From the human T2T-CHM13v2.0 reference genome, Homo sapiens, in the NCBI RefSeq assembly GCF_009914755.1, contig NC_060948.1: 64,000 bases of DNA; one strand, written 5' to 3'. Under the pieces are notes generated by a model. That model did not search any database. It saw nothing but the letters and a program-made list of their open reading frames with translations, and was not told the DNA's origin. This document shows positions 41,472-55,573 of this stretch, piece by piece (positions within the stretch are counted from its first letter, which is position 1; every line of letters starts with the position of its first letter). The position numbers were made by a program, and so were the translations under genes.

Positions 41472-44400
41472 GGCCTGGAATAAAGTGGAATGCTACGGTC
41501 TCGAATGGAATACAAATGTATGGAATGGAATGCAATGAAACGGAATCGAATGTCATAGAATGTAATGGAATGCAAAAAAATGGAATCCAAAATCATTGAC
41601 TGGAAAGGCTGGGTGTCGAAAGGAATTGACTCCAATGGAATGGAATCGAATGGAATGGAAGTGAATAGAATCGAACTAAATCGAATGGAATGGAATTGAT
41701 AGGAACGGAATGGAAAGGAATGCAATGATTTGGCATGGAATGCAATCGAATGGCATCGAATGGAATGGAATAGAATGTATTAGAATGTAATGAACTTTAG
41801 TGGAATGTACTCGAATGGATTCGACTGGAATGGAATGTTCTGGAAGTGAATGGACTCCAATGGAATGGATTCAAAAGGAATGGAATCGTACGGAATGGAA
41901 TCTAATGGAATGGAATTAAATGGAAATGAATCAAATTGAATAGCACGGAATGAATTGAATGGAATCGAATGCAATGGAATCTAATGAAACGGAAAGGAAA
42001 GGAATGGAATGGAATGGAATGGGCTGGAATGGAAAGGAATCGAAACGAATGGAATGGAATCGAACTGAAGAGACTGGAATGGAATGCACTGGAATGGAAG
42101 GGAGTGTAATGGAAGGTTCTCGAAAAAAATGGAATCGAATGGAATGGAATTGAATGGAACGGAATAGAGTCGAATGGAATTGAATGGAATGGAATGGACT
42201 AGAGTGAAATGGAATCGAATCACAAGGAATGGACAGGAATAGAATGGTCTCGAATTGAATGGAATCGTATGGAATGGCATCAAACGGAATGGAATTGACA
42301 GCCACGGAATGGAATGCACTAGAATGCAATGGAGTCGAAACTAATGGACTGGAATAAAATGGACTCGACTGGTACGGACTCCAATGGAATGGAATCGAAT
42401 GGAAGGGAATCGAACGGAATGGACTCGAAGGGAAAAGACTGCAATGGAAATGTCTCGAATGGAATGGAAATTAATGGAATGGAATGGAATCGAATGAAAT
42501 GGAGTCAAAAGGAATGGAATCGAATGGCAAGAAATCGAATGTAATGGAATCGCAAGGAATTGATGTGAACGGAACGGAATGGAATGGAATCCAAAGGAAT
42601 GGAATAGAATGTAATGGAATCGAATGGAAAGTACTCGAATGGAAATCATTCGAATAGAATGCAATTTAATAAAATAGGATGAAATGTAATGGAATTGAAT
42701 GGAAAGGAATCGAAACGAAAGGAATGGAGACAGATGGAATGGAATGGAACAGGTAGCAATGGTATAGAATGGAATGGAATCATCTGGAATGGAATTGAAT
42801 GGAATGGAATAATATGAAATGGAAAGGAATGGAATGGAATGCCCTTGAATTAAATGGACTGGAATGGAATGGACTTAAACAGAGTGGAATGGAAAGTGTT
42901 GAGATAGAATGGAATGGACTCCTTTGGAATGGTCTAGTATGCAATGCAATCGACTGGCAGGGAATCAAAAGGAATGTAATCGAATGGATTGGACTGGAAT
43001 GCAATGGACTCGAATAGATTGGAAACGGAATGCAAAGGAATGGAATGGAATAGTATGGAATGGAATGGAAAGGAATGGAGTGGAATAGACTAGAGTGGAA
43101 TGGAATGGACTCGAAAGCAATGGACTGGAATGGAACTTTCTTGAATGGACTGGAATCAAACGGAATGGAATGCAATGCTATCAAATGGCATGGAATAAAA
43201 TAGAATGAAAGAGAATCAAATGGAATTCAATCGAATGGAATCGAAAGGATTGGAAAGGAATAGAATGGAATGGAATGGAATTGACTCAAATGGAATGGAC
43301 TAGAATGGAATGGATTCGAATGGAAGGCAAAGGAATGGAATCTATTGGAATGGACTGCAATGGAATGGAATGGAAGGGATTGGAATGGACTCGAATGGAA
43401 TGGACTGCCATAGAAAGGATTCGAATGGAATGAAAAAGAATTGAATGGAATAGAACAGAATGGAATCAAATCGAATGAAATGGAATGGAATAGAAAGGAA
43501 TGGAATGAAATGGAATGGAAAGGATTCGAATGGAATGCAATCGAATGGAATGCAATCGAACGGAATGGAATAAAATGGAAGCAAACTGGCAAGAAATGGA
43601 ATCGAAATGAATGGAGTGTTATGGAACGGACTCAAAAGGAATTGAATGTAATAGAATGGAGTGGAGTGGACTCGAATATAATGGACTGGAATGGAATGAA
43701 ATCACATGGAATGGGAACGAATGGAATGGAATGGAAAGGAATGGAATCGAATGGAAAGGAATCGAATGGAAGGGAATGAAATTGAATCAACAGGAATGGA
43801 AGGGAATAGAATAGACGGTAATGGAATGGACTCGAATAGAATGGACACGAATGCTCAAATTGAATGGACTCGAATGGAATGGAAACGAAAGGAATGTCAT
43901 CGAATGGAATTGAATCGATTGGAATGAAATCGCATAGAATGGAGTGGAATCAAATGGAATTGAATCGAAAGGAAAGGAAGCGAATGGACTGAAATGAAAT
44001 GGAATGGAATTGAATGGAAAGTAAAGCAATGGAATAGAATGGAACGAAATTTCACGGAATGGAATCAAACTGAATGGAATCAAATCAATGGAATATAATC
44101 AAATGGAATGGAAAGGAATTGAATGGAGTAGATGGGATTGGATGGGATTGGAATGAAATGTACTGGAAAGGACTCGAATTTCATGAAACGGAATGGAATG
44201 AATTGGAACGGAATGTACTCGAATGGAATGGAATGTCATGGAATGGCATCAAATGGAATGGAATCGAATGCAATGGAATGCTATGGAATGGAATGGAATG
44301 CATTGGAATGGAACGTCCTCTAATGGAATGGATTCGAGTGGAATTGAATCGAATATAATGCAGTCGAATGGAATGGAATTGAAAGGAATGGGATCGAATA

Positions 44401-45019
44401 CAATGGAATATACTGGAATGTAATGTAATGAACTCGAATGTAATTGACTGGAATGGAATGTACATGAATGGAATGTAATCGAATGGAAAGTAATCCAATG
44501 GAATAGAATCTAATGCAAGAAAATCGACTCAGATAGAGTAGAATGAAATGGAATGGAGTGCAGTGCAATGGAATGGAATGGAATGGAATGCAATGGAATG
44601 GAATGGAATGGAATGGAATGGAATGGAATGGAATGGGATGGAATGGTATGGAATGGATAGTAATGGACTGGAGTGAAATGGACTGGAAAGGAATGGACTC
44701 AAATTGAAAGGGCTCGAAAGGAATGGAGTCAAATGGAATGGTCTGGAATGGAATGAACACGAATGTAATGCAATCCAATAGAATGGAATCGAATGGCATG
44801 GAATATAAAGAAATGGAATCGAAGAGAATGGAAACAAACGGAATGGAATTGAATGGAATGGATTTGAATGGAATGGGAACGAATGGAGTGAAATTGTATG
44901 CAGTAGAAGAGAATAGAATGGAATGCAAGCGAAAGGAAAGGAATGGTTTGGAATGGAATGGAATTCATTGGAATGGAATGGAATTCATTGGAATGGAAGG
45001 GAATGTAGTGTAATGGACA
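41472..45019 (+). repeat. DYZ1 unit U12 (3548 bp)
   Basis: GGCC at 41472 and 45020; 20-bp duplication giving twin EcoRI sites at 44961 and 44981. Confidence 0.9.
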
Positions 45020-48000
45020 GGCCTGGAATAAAGTGGAATGCTACGGTCTCGAATGGAATAAAAATGTATGGAATGGAATGCAATGAAACGGAATCGAATG
45101 TCATAGAATGTAATGGAATGCAAAAAAATGGAATCCAAAATCATTGACTGGAAAGGCTGGGTTTCGAAAGGAATTGACTCCAATGGAATGGAATCGAATG
45201 GAATGGAAGTGAATAGAATCGAACTAAATCGAATGGAATGGAATTGGTAGGAACGGAATGGAAAGGAATGAAATGATTTGGCATGGAATAGAATCGAATG
45301 GCATCGAATGGAATGGAATGGAATGCAATGCAATGGAATGTATTAGAATGTAATGAACTTTAATGGAATGTACTCGAATGGATTCGACTGGAATGGAATG
45401 TTCTGGAAGTGAATGCACTCCAATATAATGGATTCAAAAGGAATGGAATCGTACGGAATGGAATCTAATGGAATGGAATTAAATGGAAATGAATCAAATT
45501 GAATAGCACGGAATTGAATTGAATGGAATTGAATGCAATGGAATCTAATAAAACGGAAAGGAAAGGAAGGGAATGGAATGGAATGGGCTGGAATGGAAAG
45601 GAATCGAAACGAATGGAATGGAATCGAACTGAAGAGACTGGAATGGAATGCACTGGAATGGAAGGGAGTGTAATGGAAGTTTCTCGAAAAAAATGGAATC
45701 GAATGGAATGGAATTGAATGGAACGGAATAGAGTCGAATGGAATTGAATGGAATGGAATGGACTAGAGTGAAATGGAATCGAACCACAAGGAATGGACAG
45801 GAATAGAATGGTCTCGAATTGAATGGAATCGTATGGAATGGCATCAAACGGAATGGAATGGACAGCCACGGAATGGAATGCACTCGAATGCAATGGAGTC
45901 GAAACTAATGGACTGGAATAGAATGGACTCGACTGGTACGGACTCCAATGGAATGGAATCGAATGGAAGGGAATCGAACGGAATGGACTCGAAGGGAAAA
46001 GACTGCAATGGAAAGGTCTCGAATGGAATGGAAATTAATGGAATGGAATGGAATCGAATGAAATGGAGTCAAAAGGAATGGAATCGAATGGCAAGAAATC
46101 GAATGTAATGGAATCGCAAGGAATGGATGTGAACGGAACGGAATGGAATGGAATCCAAAGGAATGGAATAGAATGGAATGGAATCGAATGGAAAGGACTC
46201 GAATGGAAATCAATCGAATAGAATGCAATTTAATAAAATACGATGAAATGTAATGGAATGGAATGGAAAGGAATCGAAACGAAAGGAATGGAGACAGATG
46301 GAATGGAATGGAACAGAGAGCAATGGTATAGAATGGAATGGAATCATCTGAAATGGAATTGAATGGAATGGAATAATATGAAATGGAATGGAATGGCATG
46401 GAATGCCCTTGAATTAAATGGACTGGAATGGAATGGACTGGAACAGAGTGGAATGGAAAGTGTTGAGATAGTATGGAATGGACTCGTTTGGAATGGTCTA
46501 GTATGCAATGCAATGGACTGGCAGGGAATCAAAAGGAATGTAATCGAATGGATTGGACTGGAATGCAATGGACTCGAATAGATTGGAAACGGAATGCAAA
46601 GGAATGGAATGGAATAGTATGGAATGGAATGGAAAGGAATGGAGTGGAATAGACTAGAGTGGAATGGAATGGACTCGAAAGCAATGGACTTGAAATGGAA
46701 CTTTCTTGAATGGACTGGAATCAGAGAATCAAATGGAATTGAATCGAATGGAATCGAATGGATTGGAAAGGAATAGAATGGAATGGAATGGAATTGACTC
46801 AAATGGAATGGACTAGAATGGAATGGATTCGAATGGAAGGCAAAGGAATGGAATCTATTGGAATGGACTGCAATGGAATGGAATGGAAGGGATTGGAATG
46901 GACTCGAATGGAATGGACTGCCATAGAAAGGATTCGAATGGAATGAAAAAGAATTGAATGGAATAGAACAGAATGGAATCAAATCGAATGAAATGGAATG
47001 GAATAGAAAGGAATGGAATGAAATGGATTGGAAAGGATTCGAATGGAATGCAATCGAATGGAATGGAATCGAACGGAATGGAATAAAATGGAAGCAAACT
47101 GGCAAGAAATGGAATCGAAATGAATGGAGTGTTATGGAACGGACTCCAAAGGAATTGAATGTAATAGAATGGAGTGGAGTGGACTCGAATATAATGGACT
47201 GGAATGGAATGAAATCACATGGAATGGGAACGAATGGAATGGAATGGAAAGGAATGGAATCGAATGGAAAGGAATCGAATGGAAGGGAATGAAATTGAAT
47301 CAACAGGAATGGAAGGGAATAGAATAGACGGTAATGGAATGGACTCGAATAGAATGGACACGAATGCTCAAATTGAATGGACTCGAATGGAATGGAAACG
47401 AAAGGAATGTCATCGAATGGAATGGAATCGATTGGAATGAAATCGCATAGAATGGAGTGGAATCAAATGGAATTGAATCGAAAGGAAAGGAAGCGAATGG
47501 ACTGAAATGAAATGGAATGGAATTGAATGGAAAGTAATGCAATGGAATAGAATGGAACGAAATTTCACGGAATGGAATCAAACTGAATGGAATCAAATCA
47601 ATGGAATATAATCAAATGGAATGGAAAGGAATTGAATGGAGTAGATGGGATTGGATGGGATTGGAATGAAATGTACTGGAAAGGACTCGAATTTCATGAA
47701 AAGGAATGGAATGAATTGGAACGGAATGTACTCGAATGGAATGGAATGTCATGGAATGGCATCAAATGGAATGGAATCGAATGCAATGGAATGCTATGGA
47801 ATGGAATGGAATGCATTGGAATGGAACGTCCTCTAATGGAATGGATTCGAGTGGAATTGAACCGAATATAATGCAGTCGAATGAAATGGAATTGAAAGGA
47901 ATGGGATCGAATACAATGGAATATACTGGAATGTAATGTAATGAACTCGAATGTAATTGACTGGAATGGAATATACATGAATGGAATGTAATCGAATGGA

Positions 48001-48512
48001 AAGCAATCCAATGGAATAGAATCTAATGCAATAAAATCGACTCAGATAGAGTAGAATGTAATGGAATGGAGTGCAGTGCAATGGAATGGAATGGAATGCA
48101 ATGGAATGGAATGGAATGGAAGGGAATGGAATGGAATGGAATGGAATGGGATGGAATGGTATGGAATGGATAGTAATGGACTGGAGTGAAATGGACTGGA
48201 AAGGAATGGACTCAAATTGAAAGGGCTCGAAAGGAATGGAGTCAAATGGAATGGTCTGGAATGGAATGAACACGAATGTAATGCAATCCAATAGAATGGA
48301 ATCGAATGGCATGGAATATAAAGAAATGGAATCGAAGAGAATGGAAACAAACGGAATGGAATTGAATGGAATGGAATTGAATGGAATGGGAACGAATGGA
48401 GTGAAATTGTATGCAGTAGAAGAGAATAGAATGGAATGCAAGCGAAAGGAAAGGAATGGATTGGAATGGAATGGAATTCATTGGAATGGAAGGGAATGTA
48501 GTGTAATGGACA
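45020..48512 (+). repeat. DYZ1 unit U13 (3493 bp)
   Basis: GGCC at 45020 and 48513; 52-bp deletion near 46723. Confidence 0.9.
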
Positions 48513-51500
48513 GGCCTGGAATAAAGTGGAATGCTACGGTCTCGAATGGAATAAAAATGTATGGAATGGAATGCAATGAAACGGAATCGAATGTCATAGA
48601 ATGTAATGGAATGCAAAAAAATGGAATCCAAAATCATTGACTGGAAAGGCTGGGTTTCGAAAGGAATTGACTCCAATGGAATGGAATCGAATGGAATGGA
48701 AATGAATAGAATCGAACTAAATCGAATGGAATGGAATTGGTAGGAACGGAATGGAAAGGAATGAAATGATTTGGCATGGAATGGAATCGAATGGCATCGA
48801 ATGGAATGGAATGGAATGCAATGCAATGGAATGTATTAGAATGTAATGAACTTTAATGGAATGTACTCGAATGGATTCGACTGGAATGGAATGTTCTGGA
48901 AGTGAAAGCACTCCAATGGAATGGATTCAAAAGGAATGGAATCGTACGGAATGGAATCTAATGGAATGGAATTAAATGGAAATGAATGAAATTGAATAGC
49001 ACGGAATTGAATTGAATGGAATCGAATGCAATGGAATCTAATGAAACGGAAAGGAAAGGAATGGAATGGAATGGAATGGGCTGGAATGGAAAGGAATCGA
49101 AACGAATGGAATGGAATCGAACTGAAGAGACTGGAATGGAATGCACTGGAATGGAAGGGAGTGTAATGGAAGGTTCTCGAAAAAAATGGAAACGAATGCA
49201 ATGGAATTGAATGGAACGGAATAGAGTCGAATGGAATTGAATGGAATGGAATGGACTAGAGTGAAATGGAATCGAACCACAAGGAATGGACAGGAATAGA
49301 ATGGTCTCGAATTGAATGGAATCGTATGGAATGGCATCAAACGGAATGGAATGGACAGCCACGGAATGGAATGCACTCGAATGCAATGGAGTCGAAACTA
49401 ATGGACTGGAATAGAATGGACTCGACTGGTACGGACTCCAATGGAATGGAATCGAATGGAAGGGAATCGAACGGAATGGACTCGAAGGGAAAAGACTGCA
49501 ATGGAAAGGTCTCGAATGGAATGGAAATTAATGGAATGGAATGGAATCGAATGAAATGGAGTCAAAAGGAATGGAATCGAATGGCAAGAAATCGAATGTA
49601 ATGGAATCGCAAGGAATGGATGTGAACGGAACGGAATGGAATGGAATCCAAAGGAATGGAATAGAATGGAATGGAATCGAATGGAAAGGACTCGAATGGA
49701 AATCACTCGAATAGAATGCAATTTAATAAAATAGGATCAAATGGAATGGAATGGAATGGAAAGGAATCGAAACGAAAGGAATGGAGACAGATGGAATGGA
49801 ATGGAACAGAGAGCAATGGTATAGAATGGAATGGAATCATCTGAAATGGAATTGAATGGAATGGAATAATATGAAATGGAATGGAATGGAATGGAATGCC
49901 CTTGAATTAAATGGACTGGAATGGAATGGACTCGAACAGAGTGGAATGGAAAGTGTTGAGATAGTATGGAATGGACTCGTTTGGAATGGTCTAGTATGCA
50001 ATGCAATCGACTGGCAGGGAATCAAAAGGAATGTAATCGAATGGATTGGACTGGAATGCAATGGACTCGAATAGATTGGAAACGGAATGCAAAGGAATGG
50101 AATGGAATAGTATGGAATGGAATGGAAAGGAATGGAGTGGAATAGACTAGAGTGGAATGGAATGGACTCGAAAGCAATGGACTGGAAATGGAACATTCTT
50201 GAATGGACTGGAATCAGAGAATCAAATGGAATTGAATCGAATGGAATCGAATGGATTGGAAAGGAATAGAATGGAATGGAATGGAATTGACTCAAATGGA
50301 ATGGACTAGAATGGAATGGATTCGAATGGAAGGCAAAGGAATGGAATCTATTGGAATGGACTGCAATGGAATGGAATGGAAGGGATTGGAATGGACTCGA
50401 ATGGAATGGACTGCCATAGAAAGGATTCGAATGGAATGAAAAAGAATTGAATGGAATAGAACAGAATGGAATCAAATCGAATGAAATGGAATGGAATAGA
50501 AAGGAATGGAATGAAATGGATTGGAAAGGATTCGAATGGAATGAAATCGAATGGAATGGAATCGAACGGAATGGAATAAAATGGAAGAAAACTGGCAAGA
50601 AATGGAATCGAAATGAATGGAGTGTTATGGAACGGACTCAAAAGGAATTGAATGTAATAGAATGGAGTGTAGTGGACTCGAATATAATGGACTGGAATGG
50701 AATGAAATCACATGGAATGGGAACGAATGGAATGGAATGGAAAGGAATGGAATCGAATGGAAAGGAATCGAATGGAAGGGAATGAAATTGAATCAACAGG
50801 AATGGAAGGGAATAGAATAGACGGTAATGGAATGGACTCGAATAGAATGGACACGAATGCTCAAATTGAATGGACTCGAATGGAATGGAAACGAAAGGAA
50901 TGTCATCGAATGGAATTGAATCGATTGGAATGAAATCGCATAGAATGGAGTGGAATCAAATGGAATTGAATCGAAAGGAAAGGAAGCGAATGGACTGAAA
51001 TGAAATGGAATGGAATTGAATGGAAAGTAATGCAATGGAATAGAATGGAACGAAATTTCACGGAATGGAATCAAACTGAATGGAATCAAATCAATGGAAT
51101 ATAATCAAATGGAATGGAAAGGAATTGAATGGAGTAGATGGGATTGGATGGGATTGGAATGAAATGTACTGGAAAGGACTCGAATTTCATGAAACGGAAA
51201 GGAATGAATTGGAACGGAATGGACTCGAATGGAATGGAATGTCATGGAATGGCATCAAATGGAATGGCATCAAATGGAATGGAATCGAATGCAATGGAAT
51301 GCTATGGAATGGAATGGAATGCATTGGAATGGAATGTCCTCTAATGGAATGGATTCGAGTGGAATGGAATCGAATATAATGGAGTCGAATGAAATGGAAT
51401 TGAAAGGAATGGGATCGAATACAATGGAATATACTGGAATGTAATGTAATGAACTCGAATGTAATTGACTGGAATGGAATGTACATGAATGGAATGTAAT

Positions 51501-52010
51501 CGAATGGAAAGTAATCCAATGGAATAGAATCTAATGCAATAAAATCGACTCAGATAGAGTAGAATGTAATGGAATGGAGTGCAGTGCAATGGAATGGAAA
51601 GGAATGGAATGCAATGGAATGGAATGGAATGGAATGGAATGGAATGGGATGGAATGGTATGGAATGGATAGTAATGGACTGGAGTGAAATGGACTGGAAA
51701 GGAATGGACTCAAATTGAAAGGGCTCGAAAGGAATGGAGTCAAATGGAATGGTCTGGAATGGAATGAACACGAATGTAATGCAATCCAATAGAATGGAAT
51801 CGATTGGCATGGAATATAAAGAAATGGAATCGAAGAGAATGGAAACAAACGGAATGGAATTGAATGGAATGGAATTGAATGGAATGGGAACGAATGGAGT
51901 GAAATTCTATGCAGTAGAAGAGAATAGAATGGAATGCAAGCGAAAGGAAAGGAATGGATTGGAATGGAATGGAATTCATTGGAATGGAAGGGAATGTAGT
52001 GTAATGGACA
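48513..52010 (+). repeat. DYZ1 unit U14 (3498 bp)
   Basis: GGCC at 48513 and 52011; same 52-bp deletion near 50216. Confidence 0.9.
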
Positions 52011-55000
52011 GGCCTGGAATAAAGTGGAATGCTACGGTCTCGAATGGAATAAAAATGTATGGAATGGAATGCAATGAAACGGAATCGAATGTCATAGAAT
52101 GTAATGGAATGCAAAAAAATGGAATCCAAAATCATTGACTGGAAAGGCTGGGTGTCGAAAGGAATTGACTCCAATGGAATGGAATCGAATGGAATGGAAG
52201 TGAATAGAATCGAACTAAATCGAATGGAATGGAATTGATAGGAACGGAATGGAAAGGAATGCAATGATTTGGCATGGAATGGAATCGAAGGGCATCGAAT
52301 GGAATGGAATGGAATGTATTAGAATGTAATGAACTTTAGTGGAATGTACTCGAATGGATTCGACTGGAATGGAATGTTCTGGAAGTGAATGGACTCCAAT
52401 GGAATGGATTCAAAAGGAATGGAATCGTACGGAATGGAATCTAATGGAATGGAATTAAATGGAAATGAATCAAATTGAATAGCACGGAATGAATTGAATG
52501 GAATCGAATACAATGGAATCTAATGAAACGGAGAGGAAAGGAATGGAATGGAATGGAATGGGCTGGAATGGAAAGGAATCGAAACGAATGGAATGGAATC
52601 GAACTGAAGAGACTGGAATGGAATGCACTGGAATGGAAGGGAGTGTAACGGAAGGTTCTCGAAAAAAATGGAATCGAATGGAATGGAATTGAATGGAACG
52701 GAATAGAGTCGAATGGAATTGAATGGAATGGAATGGACTAGAGTGAAATGGAATCGAATCACAAGGAATGTACAGGAATAGAATGGTCTCGAATTGAATG
52801 GAATCGTATGGAATGGCATCAAACGGAATGGAATGGACAGCCACGGAATGGAATGCACTCGAATGCAATGGAGTCGAAACTAATGGACTGGAATAGAATG
52901 GACTCGACTGGTACGGAATCCAATGGAATGGAATCGAATGGAAGGGAATCGAACGGAATGGACTCGAAGGGAAAAGACTGCAATGGAAAGGTCTCGAATG
53001 GAATGGAAATTAATGGAATGGAATGGAATCGAATGAAAAGGAGTCAAAAGGAATGGAATCGAATGGCAAGAAATCGAATGTAATGGAATCGCAAGGAATT
53101 GATGTGAACGGAACGGAATGGAATGGAATCCAAAGGAATGGAATAGAATGGAATGGAATCGAATGGAAAGGACTCGAATGGAAATCACTCGAATAGAATG
53201 CAATTTAATAAAATAGGATCAAATGGAATGGAATGGAATGGAAAGGAATCGAAACGAAAGGAATGGAGACAGATGGAATGGAATGGAACAGAGAGCAATG
53301 GTATAGAATGGAATGGAATCATGTGGAATGGAATTGAATGGAATGGAATAATATGAAATGGAATGGAATGGAATGGAATGCCCTTGAATTAAATGGACTG
53401 GAATGGAATGTACTTAAACAGAGTGGAATGGAAAGTGTTGAGATAGAATGGAATGGACTCGTTTGGAATGGTCTAGTATGCAATGCAATCGACTGGCAGG
53501 GAATCAAAAGGAATGTAATCGAATGGATTGGACTGGAATGCAATGGACTCGAATAGATTGGAAACGGAATGCAAAGGAATGGAATGGAATAGTATGGAAT
53601 GGAATGGAAAGGAATGGAGTGGAATAGACTAGAGTGGAATGGAATGGACTCGAAAGCAATGGACTGGAATGGAACTTTCTTGAATGGACTGGAATCAAAC
53701 GGAATGGAATGCAATGCAATCAAATGGCATGGAATAAAATAGAATGAAAGAGAATCAAATGGAATTGAATCGAATGGAATCGAATGGATTGGAAAGGAAT
53801 AGAATGGAATGGAATGGAATTGACTCAAATGGAATGGACTAGAATGGAATGGATTCGAATGGAAGGCAAAGGAATGGAATCTATTGGAATGGACTGCAAT
53901 GGAATGGAATGGAAGGGATTGGAATGGACTCGAATGGAATGGACTGCCATAGAAAGGATTGGAATGGAATGAAAAAGAATTGAATGGAATAGAACAGAAT
54001 GGAATCAAATCGAATGAAATGGAATGGAATAGAAAGGAATGGAATGAAATGGAATGGAAAGGATTCGAATGGAATGCAATCGAATGGAATGGAATCGAAC
54101 GGAATGGAATAAAATGGAAGCAAACTGGCAAGAAATGGAATCGAAATGAATGGAGTGTTATGGAACGGACTCAAAAGGAATTGAATGTAATAGAATGGAG
54201 TGGAGTGGACTCGAATATAATGGACTGGAATGGAATGAAATCACATGGAATGGGAACGAATGGAATGGAATGGAAAGGAATGGAATCGAATGGAAAGGAA
54301 TCGAATGGAAGGGAATGAAATTGAATCAACAGGAATGGAAGGGAATAGAATAGACGGTAATGGAATGGACTCGAATAGAATGGACACGAATGCTCAAATT
54401 GAATGGACTCGAATGGAATGGAAACGAAAGGAATGTCATCGAATGGAATTGAATCGATTGGAATGAAATCGCATAGAATGGAGTGGAATCAAATGGAATT
54501 GAATCGAAAGGAAAGGAAGCGAATGGACTGAAATGAAATGGAATGGAATTGAATGGAAAGTAATGCAATGGAATAGAATGGAACGAAATTTCACGGAATG
54601 GAATCAAACTGAATGGAATCAAATCAATGGAATATAATCAAATGGAATGGAAAGGAATTGAATGGAGTAGATGGGATTGGATGGGATTGGAATGAAATGT
54701 ACTGGAAAGGACTCGAATTTTATGAAACGGAATGGAAAGAATTGGAACGGAATGGACTCGAATGGAATGGAATGTCATGGAATGGCATCAAATGGAATGG
54801 CATCAAATGGAATGGAATCGAATGCAATGGAATGCTATGGAATGGAACGGAATGCATTGGAATGGAATGTCCTCTAATGGAAAGAATTCGAGTGGAATGG
54901 ATTCGAATATAATGGAGTCGAATGAAATGGAATTGAAAGGAATGGGATCGAATACAATGGAATATACTGGAATGTAATGTAATGAACTCGAATGTAATTG

Positions 55001-55573
55001 ACTGGAATGGAATGTACATGAATGGAATGTAATCGAATGGAAAGTAATCCAATGGAATAGAATCTAATGCAATAAAATCTACTCAGATAGAGTAGAATGT
55101 AATGGAATGGAGTGCAGTGCAGTGGAATGGAATGGAATGGAATGCAATGGAATGGAATGGAATGGAATGGAATGGAATGGAATGGAATGGGATGGAATGG
55201 TATGGAATGGATAGTAATGGACTGGAGTGAAATGGACTGGAAAGGAATGGACTCAAATTGAAAGGGCTCCAAAGGAATGGAGTCAAATGGAATGGTCTGG
55301 AATGGAGTGAACACGAATGTAATGCAATCCAATAGAATGGAATCGAATGGCATGGAATATAAAGAAATGGAATCGAAGAGAATGGAAACAAACGGAAAGG
55401 AATTGAATGGAATGGAATTGAATGGAATGGGAACGAATGGAGTGAAATTGTATGCAGTAGAAGAGAATAGAATGGAATGCAAGCGAAAGGAAAGGAATGG
55501 TTTGGAATGGAATGGAATTCATTGGAATGGAATGGAATTCATTGGAATGGAAGGGAATGTAGTGTAATGGACA
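52011..55573 (+). repeat. DYZ1 unit U15 (3563 bp)
   Basis: GGCC at 52011 and 55574; twin EcoRI duplication at 55515 and 55535. Confidence 0.9.
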
